DNA of 64,000 nt from an uncultured Clostridia bacterium (GTDB taxonomy: Bacteria; Bacillota; Clostridia; TANB77; CAG-508), in NCBI GenBank assembly GCA_944387535.1, contig CALXFI010000001.1, positions 2,682-66,681 on the forward strand, written 5' to 3'. Positions within the stretch are counted from its first letter, which is position 1, and every line of letters begins with the position of its first letter. The notes beneath the pieces are model-generated. The model was given only the letters and a program-made list of their open reading frames with translations, was not told the DNA's origin and did not search any database. A program made the translations under genes and the position numbers. Positions 38,340 through 49,106 of the stretch are shown in pieces.

Positions 38340-40910
38340 TTATTTTGTTACCCATTTTATTAAGTCTAAGTTTGCTGGCTCTAATATCATTTCGTGCTTT
38401 GGCATTACTCTAAATGTATAACCATAATTTCCACCAGTTGTTAATTCTATTTTTGCTGTATAATAATATTTTCTCGCTTCTTCGTCTTCTTCTGTTAGTT
38501 GCATTGGTGTTATACTTACATTTTCTACTATTCCATTTTCTAATATTTTGCCATAGTAAACTTCTACACTTACATTGTTTACATCTATATTTGGAAGTTC
38601 CACTTCACAGCCTACTTCTATTTTATTTCCAGCATCTATTGTTATATTATCAACATCGTTTTCTGTTTGTGAAATTTTTACATCTTTCCAGTTTGTATAT
38701 AAGTCTTTTTTCCATGTGTTAAATGCTGCTACATTGTCTATGTCTTGATAATATTTTTTTGTTAATTTACATAGTGGCATATAATAGTCTTTTGTATAGT
38801 CTACTAGCATTCTTGATGTGCTATATTTTCCTCCTGTTGTTATTATAGAGTTTTTCATAAGTTCAATCCATTTTGTAGGCATTCCATTTTTGTCTCTATC
38901 ATAGAATGTTGGTATTATTTTTTCTTCTAATGTTCTATATAGACTTTGACTATCTGCTTGGTCTTGTGCTTCATATGATTCATATTCTTGATTTGTTCCT
39001 ATTGTCCATCCATTATTTTGTGTATATCCTTCTGCCCACCAACCATCTAGTACGCTAAAGTTTATTACTCCATTTACTGATGCTTTTTGTCCTGATGTTC
39101 CTGATGCTTCCATTGGTCTTCTTGGGTTATTTAACCATACATCTACACCACTTACTAAATATCTTGACATTGCTATATTATAGTTTTCAAGTAAGAATAT
39201 TTTTCCTTTAAATTGTGGCATCATTGATATTTGATGAATATATCTTATTAAGTCTTGTCCTTCTTTATCTGCTGGATGTGCTTTTCCTGCAAATATTAAT
39301 TGCACCGGTCTTTCACTATTGTTTATTATTTGTGTTATTCTTTCTAAGTCCTTAAATATTAATGTTGCTCTTTTATATGTTGCAAATCTTCTCGCAAATC
39401 CTATTGTTAGTGCATTTGGATTTAGTTTTGATATTATTTCATTTATATCTTCATAGCTATATCCTGAACGTCTTAATCTTTCATATGTGTTATCTTTTAC
39501 TAATCTTAATAATTTTACTTTTCTATCATTATGTATTTGCCATATTTTTTCATCTGGTACATTTCTTATTTTTTCCCACACTTGGTCTTTATGCATATTA
39601 TCTTGCCAATATGGTATTAAGTATTTATTAAATAGTTCTTTCATCCTTGGTGCAAGCCATGAACATGTATGGATTCCGTTTGTTACATATCCTATTGGTG
39701 CTTCATTAGCTGCAATATTTGGCCATACATCTCCAAATAGCTCTCTTGACACTGCTCCATGTAGTTTACTTACTCCATTTTTCTTTCCTGCAATTTTAAG
39801 TGCTAATATTCCCATATTAAATCCATTGTCTAAATCTTTTCCTGGTTTCATTCCTAATCTTAAGAATTCTTCTCTTGTTAATCCTAATCTTGGCCAGAAG
39901 TCTTTAAAGTATTTTTCTACTAAATCTAGTGGGAATATGTCATTTCCTGCTGGTACTGGTGTATGTGTTGTAAATACTGTTTTTGAGCTTGTTATATCTT
40001 TTGCTACTTCAAATGATACTTCTTTTTCTTTTATTATGTTCTTCATAAGCTCTAATGTTAAAAATGCTGAATGTCCTTCGTTCATATGATATACTGTTGG
40101 ATTTAGTTTTAAATATTTTGTAAGTAATTCTACTCCTGCTTGTCCCAAAACTATTTCCTGGCGTATTCTCATTTCTTGGTCTCCACCATAAAGCCTTAAC
40201 GTTACATCTCTATCTTCTGGATTATTTTTTTCAATATCTGAGTCTAATAAATATAGTTTTACTCTTCCTACATTTATGCTCCATACTTTTAAATATAATC
40301 TTCTTTTTGGGAATTTTACAAATATTATTAAATCTTCCCCTGTTTCATCTTTTACAGGGTTTATTGGTAAATCATATAAATCTATATCATTATATTCTGT
40401 TTGTTGATTTCCATTTCCATCTATTTTTTGGTTAAAGTATCCATTTTTATATAATAACCCTACTGCAACTAGTGGTATTCCTAAATCACTTGCTGATTTT
40501 AAATGGTCTCCTGATAATATTCCTAGTCCTCCTGAATATATAGGAATTGTTTGGTCTAGTCCATATTCAGCTGAGAAGTATGCTATTAAATCTCCTTTTT
40601 CTTCTGGATACATTTTATTAAACCATGTATTTTTACTATTTATATAACCTTCAAATTCTTCTACTACTTTATCATATTCTTTTAAAAATGTAACATCTTT
40701 TGCTACATCTTCTAATCTTTCTTGTGACACATGTTTTAAAAACTTAATTGGGTTTTTATTTGATACTTCCCATAAGTCTCCATCTATTCTTTGAAATAGT
40801 CTTAAAAATTCTGTATTCCAAGACCACCATAAATTATTTGCTATTACAGATAATTTTTCTATTCTTTTTGGTAATTGTGGGTTTACCGTTATTCTATTAA
40901 ATAAATACAT
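38340..40910 (-). CDS. glgP: Alpha-glucan (glycogen/maltodextrin) phosphorylase, GT35 family
   Basis: PLP-binding region EASGTSGQKA. 856 aa. The N-terminal region is typical of alpha-glucan-family phosphorylases. Confidence 0.85.
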   Translation of the reverse strand: MYLFNRITVNPQLPKRIEKLSVIANNLWWSWNTEFLRLFQRIDGDLWEVSNKNPIKFLKHVSQERLEDVAKDVTFLKEYDKVVEEFEGYINSKNTWFNKMYPEEKGDLIAYFSAEYGLDQTIPIYSGGLGILSGDHLKSASDLGIPLVAVGLLYKNGYFNQKIDGNGNQQTEYNDIDLYDLPINPVKDETGEDLIIFVKFPKRRLYLKVWSINVGRVKLYLLDSDIEKNNPEDRDVTLRLYGGDQEMRIRQEIVLGQAGVELLTKYLKLNPTVYHMNEGHSAFLTLELMKNIIKEKEVSFEVAKDITSSKTVFTTHTPVPAGNDIFPLDLVEKYFKDFWPRLGLTREEFLRLGMKPGKDLDNGFNMGILALKIAGKKNGVSKLHGAVSRELFGDVWPNIAANEAPIGYVTNGIHTCSWLAPRMKELFNKYLIPYWQDNMHKDQVWEKIRNVPDEKIWQIHNDRKVKLLRLVKDNTYERLRRSGYSYEDINEIISKLNPNALTIGFARRFATYKRATLIFKDLERITQIINNSERPVQLIFAGKAHPADKEGQDLIRYIHQISMMPQFKGKIFLLENYNIAMSRYLVSGVDVWLNNPRRPMEASGTSGQKASVNGVINFSVLDGWWAEGYTQNNGWTIGTNQEYESYEAQDQADSQSLYRTLEEKIIPTFYDRDKNGMPTKWIELMKNSIITTGGKYSTSRMLVDYTKDYYMPLCKLTKKYYQDIDNVAAFNTWKKDLYTNWKDVKISQTENDVDNITIDAGNKIEVGCEVELPNIDVNNVSVEVYYGKILENGIVENVSITPMQLTEEDEEARKYYYTAKIELTTGGNYGYTFRVMPKHEMILEPANLDLIKWVTK

Positions 40911-41261
40911 TTTTTGTTCCTCCTTTGTATTTTAGCCTTTTATTTTCTCTCGTACTTTCACATATCTATTATCTATTAAATACTTTCTTTTGTCAAATGT
41001 TTTTTAGTAAATATTTAAGTTTTTTTCAAAAGAATAAGAGGATTTCTCCTCTTACTTTTTATACCATTTGTGATTTTAGTTTTTCTAGTTCTTTTTCACT
41101 AATGTGAGTATATTTTATTATTTCCTCATCTAAAATTTTAACAAAAATACTTAAACCAAAACATTTTAAAGACTATTATTTTTACATTAATATTAAGACA
41201 TGAATAAGCCAGCAAGCATTAAAAACACTTGCTGGCCTATTCTAAAAGGGCTTAATTTTAG

Positions 41262-41672
41262 TTACCACTCAGACATATAGTGAGCATTTTTAACCTCTGG
41301 AATAAGAGGAATTGGCTCTGCCCTTGTAATATTCAACTCGTCAAAACTTGTAAAAACATGCGCTGAAATGTATGCATAAACTGGCAAGCCCTCTTTTACT
41401 GAATCTGTAAAAAGAAATTCAGACACCTTTACCTTAGTGTGATTTTCATCACAAACATATGCAACCTTGTTGTTGCTATTCCTAAGGTCCACCTCAAGAG
41501 TGAGTTTCTCACCATGATGAGACGTCTCTTGAATACTTCCATTTCTATTGTTAGCCTTAACCCTAACACAAATAGGAATTCTTGTTCCCATCTCCTTTGC
41601 TCCTGAAAGTATTATTACAATTCCTCTATTTTCCCGATTTGCCCTTTTAATAATTTCCATTGCCGTGGACAT
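41262..41672 (-). CDS. Hypothetical protein (136 aa); paralog of the ORF at 41836-42294
   Basis: Shares the pattern IP..V.V..ET.HH..E.......PVYA[FY] with the neighbouring ORF. A terminator hairpin (gccagcaag..cttgctggc) follows. Confidence 0.45.
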   Translation of the reverse strand: MSTAMEIIKRANRENRGIVIILSGAKEMGTRIPICVRVKANNRNGSIQETSHHGEKLTLEVDLRNSNNKVAYVCDENHTKVKVSEFLFTDSVKEGLPVYAYISAHVFTSFDELNITRAEPIPLIPEVKNAHYMSEW

Positions 41673-41835
41673 TTGTCCTCCTTCCTGTAGCTACTAGCTA
41701 CAACCGACATATTGACAATGATAAATTAATTATACCACAATTTTACATAATTTTCAAATATAAAAAAATAAGCCAGCCAAACAATTTACTGCTTGGCTGG
41801 TTCGCTCCCAAAAGTTTAGTTATCAGAAAAAAGTA

Positions 41836-42294
41836 CTATCGTATTTTATATATAACAGAATAGAAGAAATCATCATCTTCTGCTATTTCTTCTGCTAATG
41901 CTTCTTCATTAGCTATATTTTTCAGATAGTCTACAAGCTCTTCTCTTATCTTTCCCATCTCATATGCTGGTTCAGTTTCAATATCAAGAAATGCATAAAC
42001 AGGGCTATCTTCTCTGTCGATTCCTTCATAATAAAAATGAACCCTCATTACTTCAGTGTTTGGGTTATCAACACTCCATGCAATATAAGGTTTATCCTCA
42101 TTATCCACATTAATTTCAACTTCATCAAAATTCTTGTGGTGGGTCGTTTCCTTGAGCTCTGTTTTAAGTTCAGGATTCCAAAATACTACATGTACCGGAA
42201 TGTAACCTTCCCAATCTGTTTGGTTAGTAAGAAAAATCTTTATTGCTTGCTTTTTCCGAATCGCTTCCTGGAAGACTTTTTGAATGTTTGACAT
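41836..42294 (-). CDS. Hypothetical protein (152 aa); paralog of the ORF at 41262-41672
   Basis: Same conserved pattern. Its own terminator hairpin (ccagccaa..ttggctgg) lies downstream. Confidence 0.45.
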   Translation of the reverse strand: MSNIQKVFQEAIRKKQAIKIFLTNQTDWEGYIPVHVVFWNPELKTELKETTHHKNFDEVEINVDNEDKPYIAWSVDNPNTEVMRVHFYYEGIDREDSPVYAFLDIETEPAYEMGKIREELVDYLKNIANEEALAEEIAEDDDFFYSVIYKIR

Positions 42295-42410
42295 AATGTC
42301 TACACTCCTTACTAAAATAGTAATTTATACTAAGTAAAATGTATTATAACACACTTTTGTAATATATTCAATTTTTTAAAAGAAAAAACTACCAAATTGG
42401 TAGTTTTAAA

Positions 42411-43298
42411 TTATGCTCTTGGATGAGCTTTTTTATAAATATCTTTCAAACCTCCATCTTGGAACTGCATATATACTTGTGTTGAAGAAATATCAGAATG
42501 TCCAAGCATAGTTTGTATTGCTTTTAAATCTGCTCCATTTTGTAATAAGTGTGTAGCAAAAGAATGTCTTAAAACATGTGGTGTAATATCTTTTGTTATA
42601 TGAGCTTGTTCTTTATAATATTTAATAATTTTCCAAAAACCTTGTCTTGTTAATCTTCCACCATTAACATTAACAAATAAAGCTTTTTGGTTTTCATCTT
42701 TAATCATTATATCTCTTGCTTCTTCAATATACTCTTTTAAAGCTTTTAACGCCATATTTCCTAAAGGTATAGTTCTTGTTTTTTCCTTATTTGTATTTCT
42801 ACAAGTTACATAACCTTCTTCTAAGTTTACATCATCAATGTCTAATGAAATAATTTCTGTAACTCTCATACCTGTAGCATAAGCAAATTCTAACATTGCT
42901 TTATCACGAGTACCTTTTAAATCTATATCTTTTGGTTGGTCTAATAATAGTTCAACTTCTTTAGCTGTCAATACACTAGGTACTCTTTTTTCTATTTTAG
43001 GTGATTTAACATTAGCTGTTGGATCTCTTTTTACTTTTTTCTTCTTTAATGCATATTGGTAAAATGATCTAATTGACGCAATAGCTCTAGAAATACTAGA
43101 AGCTTTTTTACCATCATCTTGTAATTCTTTTATATATAAATTTATATCATCTTCACTTACTTTATTATAATGAAGGCTATATGACTCTAAAAATCTTTTG
43201 AACTGTTTTAAATCTCTCTTATATGATTGTAATGTATTATCTGATAATTTCTTTTCATTTTCTAAAAAATCGAAAAATTGTTTTAATTGTCTCTCCAT
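42411..43298 (-). CDS. xerD: Tyrosine recombinase XerD
   Basis: Catalytic region HVLRHSFATHLL..LGHSDISSTQVY. It is adjacent to spoIIM, the arrangement usual for Firmicutes xerD. Confidence 0.8.
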   Translation of the reverse strand: MERQLKQFFDFLENEKKLSDNTLQSYKRDLKQFKRFLESYSLHYNKVSEDDINLYIKELQDDGKKASSISRAIASIRSFYQYALKKKKVKRDPTANVKSPKIEKRVPSVLTAKEVELLLDQPKDIDLKGTRDKAMLEFAYATGMRVTEIISLDIDDVNLEEGYVTCRNTNKEKTRTIPLGNMALKALKEYIEEARDIMIKDENQKALFVNVNGGRLTRQGFWKIIKYYKEQAHITKDITPHVLRHSFATHLLQNGADLKAIQTMLGHSDISSTQVYMQFQDGGLKDIYKKAHPRA

Positions 43299-43404
43299 AA
43301 CTCTACCTACCTCTAATCTTTAATAATCTATTTACATAAACTACATATGTTATATCAAACATTTTAAAAAAAGTAAATACATTTTTTAAATTTTTTTGAC
43401 ATTT

Positions 43405-44040
43405 TTAGAAATACTTAATAACAGCTTTCAAAATATTAGTAGAAATAAAAATTTCTACTAAAGAAGCAACTAACATAACCACAAGCATCACCAATGAAAA
43501 AGCTGTATGCCTTACTATTTCTAACTTTATATTTTCTTTTCTATTATCCTTTACAATTGATTTATATAATTTAAAACCACTCACAGCTATTCCTAAAATC
43601 GCAGGTATTAGTAATAGACTCGGAAGCAATAAATTAATAAGTACGAATATTAATCCTTTTGCTATTCCCATAATTGTAACACAAACAGAAATTGTATAGC
43701 CAAAGCAAAAACCTCTATAAATTACAAGTCCAAATACAACAGGAATTCCAATAACAGTAGTACCAAAAAACCATATCAAACTCGCAAAAATTATATTTTG
43801 TGTAATGCTTGTTTTTAATAAACTCATACTATCTAAATTTTCTGTCTGTTTCATTTGTTCAACAAAATTATTTAAATATTCTTGTACTTCTGCTTTTTGT
43901 GTTTCTCCTAAATTATTTACGAAAAAAACACCTAAAAATATTCCAATTATAAATAATAAAGTTACAATTATATATTCTTTTTTATTATTTAATATATGCC
44001 CTTTTATAGTCTCTTTAATCTTTAATCCTTTTTCCTTCAT
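43405..44040 (-). CDS. spoIIM: Stage II sporulation protein M
   Basis: 211-aa polytopic membrane protein of the SpoIIM family. It shows the conserved synteny with xerD. Confidence 0.7.
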   Translation of the reverse strand: MKEKGLKIKETIKGHILNNKKEYIIVTLLFIIGIFLGVFFVNNLGETQKAEVQEYLNNFVEQMKQTENLDSMSLLKTSITQNIIFASLIWFFGTTVIGIPVVFGLVIYRGFCFGYTISVCVTIMGIAKGLIFVLINLLLPSLLLIPAILGIAVSGFKLYKSIVKDNRKENIKLEIVRHTAFSLVMLVVMLVASLVEIFISTNILKAVIKYF

Positions 44041-44101
44041 AAAAAATCTCCTTATCGTTTATACATAATGTGTATTCGATAAAGAGATTTTTAGAACTTT
44101 T

Positions 44102-45301
44102 TTATTTATTTTTCACAGAAACTTTACCGTAGTTTCCTCCTCCACCTGAATGCACTTCACAGTTTCCTTTTCTTGCATTATCTATATTTGTTGCTATCTT
44201 TTCTCCTACTACTGCTTCTATGTCATCTTTAGTTAATTTGTGTAATATATTCATCTCTGTTTCAAAATTATCCAATAATTTTTGAACAGTTTTTCCACCT
44301 ACTCCTGGAATAAATCCTAGTGGTATTTGATAAATATATGGTGGTCTATTTTCTGGACTTCTTGTTTCTTTTTTATCTTTTATTAATTCTATTCTGTCAA
44401 AAACTCCAAAAGTAACATTTTTTCCACCACAATATGGGCATTTATCTACTGGTTCTTTTGTTTCTATTGATTTATTACAATCATCACAATAAGTTCTATG
44501 ATACTTTCCAAGTTTTGGGTCTAAACCATAATTTGCTAAGATTTTTCTACCATCTTCATTTTTTAAAGCTTTTACAATCTCTTTAAAAGAAATATCTTCT
44601 ACTAACATCTTATTATATTCTCTTGCAATCTTTGGAAGAGAATGTGCATCTGAATTAGTTAAAAATGTACGTGTCTCTAATTCTGATATTTCATCTGCTA
44701 AAAAAGTATCTGAACTTAATCCTAATTCTACTGCAAATATTTTATCAAATTTTTCTTTAAATACATATTCTAATCTATCTGTACAATTTCCATAATAACT
44801 CTTATATGGCGTAAAAATATGAGCAGGAACTATTATTCCATTATACTTTTCTACCATATCTATTAAATCATATCCTGATAAATCTGTTCTTTGTGTGCTT
44901 AATGTTATATTTTTTAAATGATGGCTTAATTCTTTTGAGAACTTCTTTATATCACTTAAATGTGGAAAATAACATAAATTATGTGCACTACCAGATTTGC
45001 CATTTCTTCCTTTTTCTGAAGTTTCTACTTCACTTCCTAAAATTATACACACCTTATCTTTATATATAATTCCGCCATCTTCTAGCTCATATGCCTCACC
45101 TGTTCTTAAAAAGTTTTCTATATCTTCAATTACATATGGTGATGCACAATCAATAATTCCTACAACATTTATTCCTTTTTTTTCTTCACATTCTTTTGCT
45201 ATGTTTGCAAAATTAAGTGACTTTGCTGCTGTTATTTTAATTGGTTTTCCATTTTCACTTCTTCCTATGTGTACATGTAAATCTGCAAATATTTCGTACA
45301 T
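44102..45301 (-). CDS. PHP-domain protein with a C-terminal zinc finger (TIGR00375 / endonuclease Q-like)
   Basis: N-terminal ADLHVHIG PHP motif. Central CDDC..CPYCGG zinc ribbon. 399 aa. Confidence 0.5.
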   Translation of the reverse strand: MYEIFADLHVHIGRSENGKPIKITAAKSLNFANIAKECEEKKGINVVGIIDCASPYVIEDIENFLRTGEAYELEDGGIIYKDKVCIILGSEVETSEKGRNGKSGSAHNLCYFPHLSDIKKFSKELSHHLKNITLSTQRTDLSGYDLIDMVEKYNGIIVPAHIFTPYKSYYGNCTDRLEYVFKEKFDKIFAVELGLSSDTFLADEISELETRTFLTNSDAHSLPKIAREYNKMLVEDISFKEIVKALKNEDGRKILANYGLDPKLGKYHRTYCDDCNKSIETKEPVDKCPYCGGKNVTFGVFDRIELIKDKKETRSPENRPPYIYQIPLGFIPGVGGKTVQKLLDNFETEMNILHKLTKDDIEAVVGEKIATNIDNARKGNCEVHSGGGGNYGKVSVKNK

Positions 45302-45305
45302 TATA

Positions 45306-46103
45306 TTACTCCTCTATATTTTCTCCTATATCATCACCTAAATGGTTCATTATTTTTTCTACAGTTGCCTTACTAAATAATGGTCTATTAGGATCACTTA
45401 CGCTATCAAACATTTCTTTAGATAATTTTTCCTTTTGTTTTTCTATTAATTTATCTACCTTTGGTTCATAATTATATACAACTTCTTTTATAAATTTAAT
45501 TATTCCATCTGTTTCATTATAAATTTTTATTAATCTTTTTAAAGCTGTCATATTTATTATTTCACTAACTTTTATTTCTTCCATAAATTTTACAAACTCT
45601 ATAAATGTTTCCATATAACGATTATATTCATTTTTTAAGTTTCTATGTTCTAAAAGTACTAGTGCATCTTCTGGATTATAGCCTAACCTTTCTGGTCTGT
45701 CTAAAAGCATTCCACCAAATTTATCTACTAATTCTAAAATATCACTCTCTTTTTCTCGCGGATTACTATTACTATAACGATTTACTTCCTCACAAATTTT
45801 ACAAAATCTTTTATTAAATCCAATGCCACCTAAATACTCTGCTCCTTTTTTTGCATATGCATGGACACTTTCAATATCTTGAGCATTATCTACCTTTTTT
45901 ACATTACAAAGTAATGCTGCTGTTAATACTAAGTTTTTATCAACTTCAATTTTTGAGTAGTCCAAAAACATTCTTGCTATCTCTGTTTTAAATACAACAG
46001 ATTTATTAAAAAATATTCTATTCTTTTTAGATAAATAATATACTATCTCCATTTTAGAAGCTAAATCTTTTTCTCCTAAAATATAGTCTGCAAAAGTATC
46101 CAT
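45306..46103 (-). CDS. Hypothetical protein
   Basis: The start was set at MDTFADY, which follows a GAGGGGG ribosome-binding site. I recognise no family. Confidence 0.4.
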   Translation of the reverse strand: MDTFADYILGEKDLASKMEIVYYLSKKNRIFFNKSVVFKTEIARMFLDYSKIEVDKNLVLTAALLCNVKKVDNAQDIESVHAYAKKGAEYLGGIGFNKRFCKICEEVNRYSNSNPREKESDILELVDKFGGMLLDRPERLGYNPEDALVLLEHRNLKNEYNRYMETFIEFVKFMEEIKVSEIINMTALKRLIKIYNETDGIIKFIKEVVYNYEPKVDKLIEKQKEKLSKEMFDSVSDPNRPLFSKATVEKIMNHLGDDIGENIEE

Positions 46104-46291
46104 GAAAATCCCCCTCTGCCAAATTTTCTTTTGTTCAATATCATACACTTTTATTATACTGAAATGCAGAAAATATTTCAATATTTTTTCCAAATGTAAC
46201 AAAAATGTAATATAAAATAAACAAAGACCACACAAATTTATAAACTGTGTAGTCTTTGTTATTCCCTACTTATAGCCATCATATCAATTAT

Positions 46292-46642
46292 TCAATGAAT
46301 AATCTTTTTCAAATATTTGTCAAAGTTTTTACCCGCATATTCAATATATCTACTATATGGCTCATAATCATTAAACTCCAAATACCAACATCCATCTTTT
46401 GTAAAAAGCTCATATTGCCCTTCTGAATAATAATCAGAAAGAGGCCTTGTACCAGCCAAGGTATATCTTTTTGGATCTATAACTCCTCCTTGATTAATTT
46501 TCACAAAAGTATGCCTAACTCGCATAACAGGGCATATCGTAATTGCTGGTATTTTTCCTCTTGGTACCTTTTCCATTATCATTGTAAGATACACATTAGA
46601 AATTGGTGCTTTCTGACAATCTTGTGAAGTAGGTTTCTCCAT
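46292..46642 (-). CDS. Hypothetical protein (116 aa)
   Basis: The ORF has a GGAGG ribosome-binding site. The family was not recognised. Confidence 0.4.
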   Translation of the reverse strand: MEKPTSQDCQKAPISNVYLTMIMEKVPRGKIPAITICPVMRVRHTFVKINQGGVIDPKRYTLAGTRPLSDYYSEGQYELFTKDGCWYLEFNDYEPYSRYIEYAGKNFDKYLKKIIH

Positions 46643-46780
46643 TTTTCCTCCCCAAAATACTTATTTTCCATGTTGCTATATTAACCTGTGAAAACAGGAG
46701 AATAAAATTATGTGCTAATTTTTAGCATGCATATATTATAGCACTTTTTTTAAAGTTGTCAATAATTATGTAAAATCATA

Positions 46781-47218
46781 TTATTGTAGTTCTTTTATTG
46801 CATTTCTAGCTAGTTCATCACACCTATTATTTAATTCATTATCACTATGTCCTTTTACCTTTATAAAATTAACTTTATGTATTTTTGTTAAATTGTACAA
46901 TTCTTCCCAAATTTCTTTATTTTTTACAGGTTCTTTTGAAGCTGTTTTCCAATCATTTTTTACCCAATTATAAATCCAGCCTTGTTTAAACGAATTTACC
47001 ACATATGCGCTATCACTGTATAAATCAACTTCACAAGGATATTTTAATAATTTTAAAGCTTCTATTACTGCAGTTAATTCCATTATATTATTAGTTGTAT
47101 CTTTTCTTCCTCCAGATATTTCTTTTTTATTCTCATTATAAATTAATACTGCACCCCAACCTCCTGGTCCCGGATTTCCAGAGCAAGCACCATCTGTATA
47201 AATTGTTACTTTTTCCAT
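46781..47218 (-). CDS. rnhA: Ribonuclease HI
   Basis: Motifs [20 protein letters not shown] and GH..N..D of the RNase H catalytic DEDD set. Confidence 0.8.
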   Translation of the reverse strand: MEKVTIYTDGACSGNPGPGGWGAVLIYNENKKEISGGRKDTTNNIMELTAVIEALKLLKYPCEVDLYSDSAYVVNSFKQGWIYNWVKNDWKTASKEPVKNKEIWEELYNLTKIHKVNFIKVKGHSDNELNNRCDELARNAIKELQ

Positions 47219-47304
47219 ATTTATCAACCTTTCCATTGTTTTTTTCTCCATTTTATGGTAATATTATAACAGTAATTATAAAAATATACAAGGAAGGATT
47301 TATC

Positions 47305-48537
47305 ATGGGAAAAGTTTTAGGTGTTATATGTGAATATAATCCATTTCATAATGGTCATTTATATCATTTAGAACAATCTAAAAAAATGACTGGTTCTAAT
47401 TATACTGTTGCTATTATGAGTGGTAATTTTACTCAGCGTGGTAGTACTGCTATTATTGATAAATGGTCTAGAGCAGAAGCTGCCTTAAAAAGTGGTGTAG
47501 ATTTAGTTATAGAACTACCCGTTCTTTATGCTACATCCAGTGCTGAGAATTTTGCTGATGGAGCAATACATATTCTAGATTCGCTTAAAGTTGTTGATTA
47601 CCTTTCTTTTGGAGCTGAAACATCTGAAATTGAAATTCTAGATAAAATTGCAGATATATTATACCGTGAACCTAAAGCCTATAAAAATATATTATCTCAT
47701 GAATTAAAAAAAGGATTATCTTTCCCTAAAGCTCGTGAAAATGCTTTAAGAATGTATTTAAGTGATATTAAAAAATACGCAAATATTCTTTCTTCTCCTA
47801 ATAATATTTTAGGAATTGAATATATAAAAGCTTTAAAAAAATATAAAAGTAACATTATCCCTATTTCTATTGCAAGATTTGAAGCTGGATATAATGATAT
47901 TAATTATTCTGGAAACATTGCAAGTGCAACTGCTATTAGAAATATAATTAAAAACGGTGGTTTTGAAATTTTAAGAAAACTACTTCCATCTTCTAGTTTT
48001 GGTATTTTAATGGATAATGTTAAACAAGGTCATGTTATTCCTGATTTATCTGTTTTTGAAAGACAAATAATTTATAACTTAAGGAAAATGTCAACAGATG
48101 AAATAGCTGAACTTCCAGATGTTACAGAAGGATTAGAATTTTCTATAAAAAAAGCTGCTAATGCTTGTAATACTATTCAAGAATTTCTAAATATTATAAA
48201 ATCTAAAAGATATACAGCTACAAGAATTCAAAGAATTTTATTATATTCTTTACTTGGAATTACTAAAAAAGATATGGCTTTATCTAAGAAGGTTAATCCT
48301 TATGTTAGAGTATTAGGTTTAAATAATAGAGGTAAATTCTTAATTTCAGAAATTGCTAAAGCTAACCCTAAGCTTGAAATTATTACTTCTGTTAAACGTT
48401 TTGCTAATCAATCAACTAATAAAAATTTAAAACTTCTTCTTGATAAAGATATTTTTGCAACTAATGTTTATAGTATTGGCTATACATTTGATTCTTGTAA
48501 CAATTTAGATTTTACTAAAAAGATTGTTACTATTTAA
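47305..48537 (+). CDS. tmcAL: tRNA(Met) cytidine acetate ligase-type nucleotidyltransferase (YlbM/UPF0348)
   Basis: N-terminus MGKVLGVICEYNPFHNGHLYH, the HIGH-like motif of the YlbM family. AGGAAGGA ribosome-binding site. The upstream 70 codons of the track ORF are non-coding. Confidence 0.7.
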   Translation: MGKVLGVICEYNPFHNGHLYHLEQSKKMTGSNYTVAIMSGNFTQRGSTAIIDKWSRAEAALKSGVDLVIELPVLYATSSAENFADGAIHILDSLKVVDYLSFGAETSEIEILDKIADILYREPKAYKNILSHELKKGLSFPKARENALRMYLSDIKKYANILSSPNNILGIEYIKALKKYKSNIIPISIARFEAGYNDINYSGNIASATAIRNIIKNGGFEILRKLLPSSSFGILMDNVKQGHVIPDLSVFERQIIYNLRKMSTDEIAELPDVTEGLEFSIKKAANACNTIQEFLNIIKSKRYTATRIQRILLYSLLGITKKDMALSKKVNPYVRVLGLNNRGKFLISEIAKANPKLEIITSVKRFANQSTNKNLKLLLDKDIFATNVYSIGYTFDSCNNLDFTKKIVTI

Positions 48538-48575
48538 AAAAGGTTACTAAAAATATAATTTAGTAACCTTTCTTT

Positions 48576-49010
48576 TTATCCGTTATAAAATTTATTTTCT
48601 TTATATTTTTCTAATATTCTTTTTGTAGGAATACAAGTATTTTCTGGTAAATTATTTATATCGAACCAATCATATTTTACTAATTCTTCCGTTTTAGGTA
48701 ATTCTATTTTTCCAGAATATTCCTCTGAAATAATTCCAAATGTTGCATATTGAGCATACTGGTTTACATCGTTTTGGACACATATAACTTTTATTTTACT
48801 TACTTCTAAATTTGTTTCTTCTTTTACTTTTCTAATTCCAGCTTCTTCTATTGTTTCTCCAAATTTTACTTTTCCACTTGGAAGTGTCCAAGTTCCTTCT
48901 AATCTCATATCTGAATCTGCTTTTTTAGCATCACTATTTCTTAATAACATTAATATTTTATTTTCCTCATTTTTTACTATTATTCCTACACCTATACCTA
49001 TTTTTTCCAT
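48576..49010 (-). CDS. NUDIX hydrolase
   Basis: Nudix box GKVKFGETIEEAGIRKVKEETNLEV. Confidence 0.75.
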   Translation of the reverse strand: MEKIGIGVGIIVKNEENKILMLLRNSDAKKADSDMRLEGTWTLPSGKVKFGETIEEAGIRKVKEETNLEVSKIKVICVQNDVNQYAQYATFGIISEEYSGKIELPKTEELVKYDWFDINNLPENTCIPTKRILEKYKENKFYNG

Positions 49011-49106
49011 AATTTCTTCCTTTCGTTTTTATTTATCTTGATTTTTTACTTCATTAAAAATTATAACATAGAAAAACAAAAAAAGATACAATTTTATGTA
49101 TCTTTT

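Noticed and set aside
38149-38355. 68-aa ORF between purB and glgP
   Set aside because: It spans the nested palindromic repeat element, has no ribosome-binding site and its composition is driven by the repeats.
39362-40089. Plus-strand ORFs inside glgP; similar ORFs inside ligA (56694-57446, 57178-57432, 57960-58235), groEL (28350-28928), ftsY (22372-22752), fprA (23490-23729) and others
   Set aside because: They are antisense to strongly supported conserved genes and are Leu/Phe/Ile-rich, as expected from AT-rich antisense frames.
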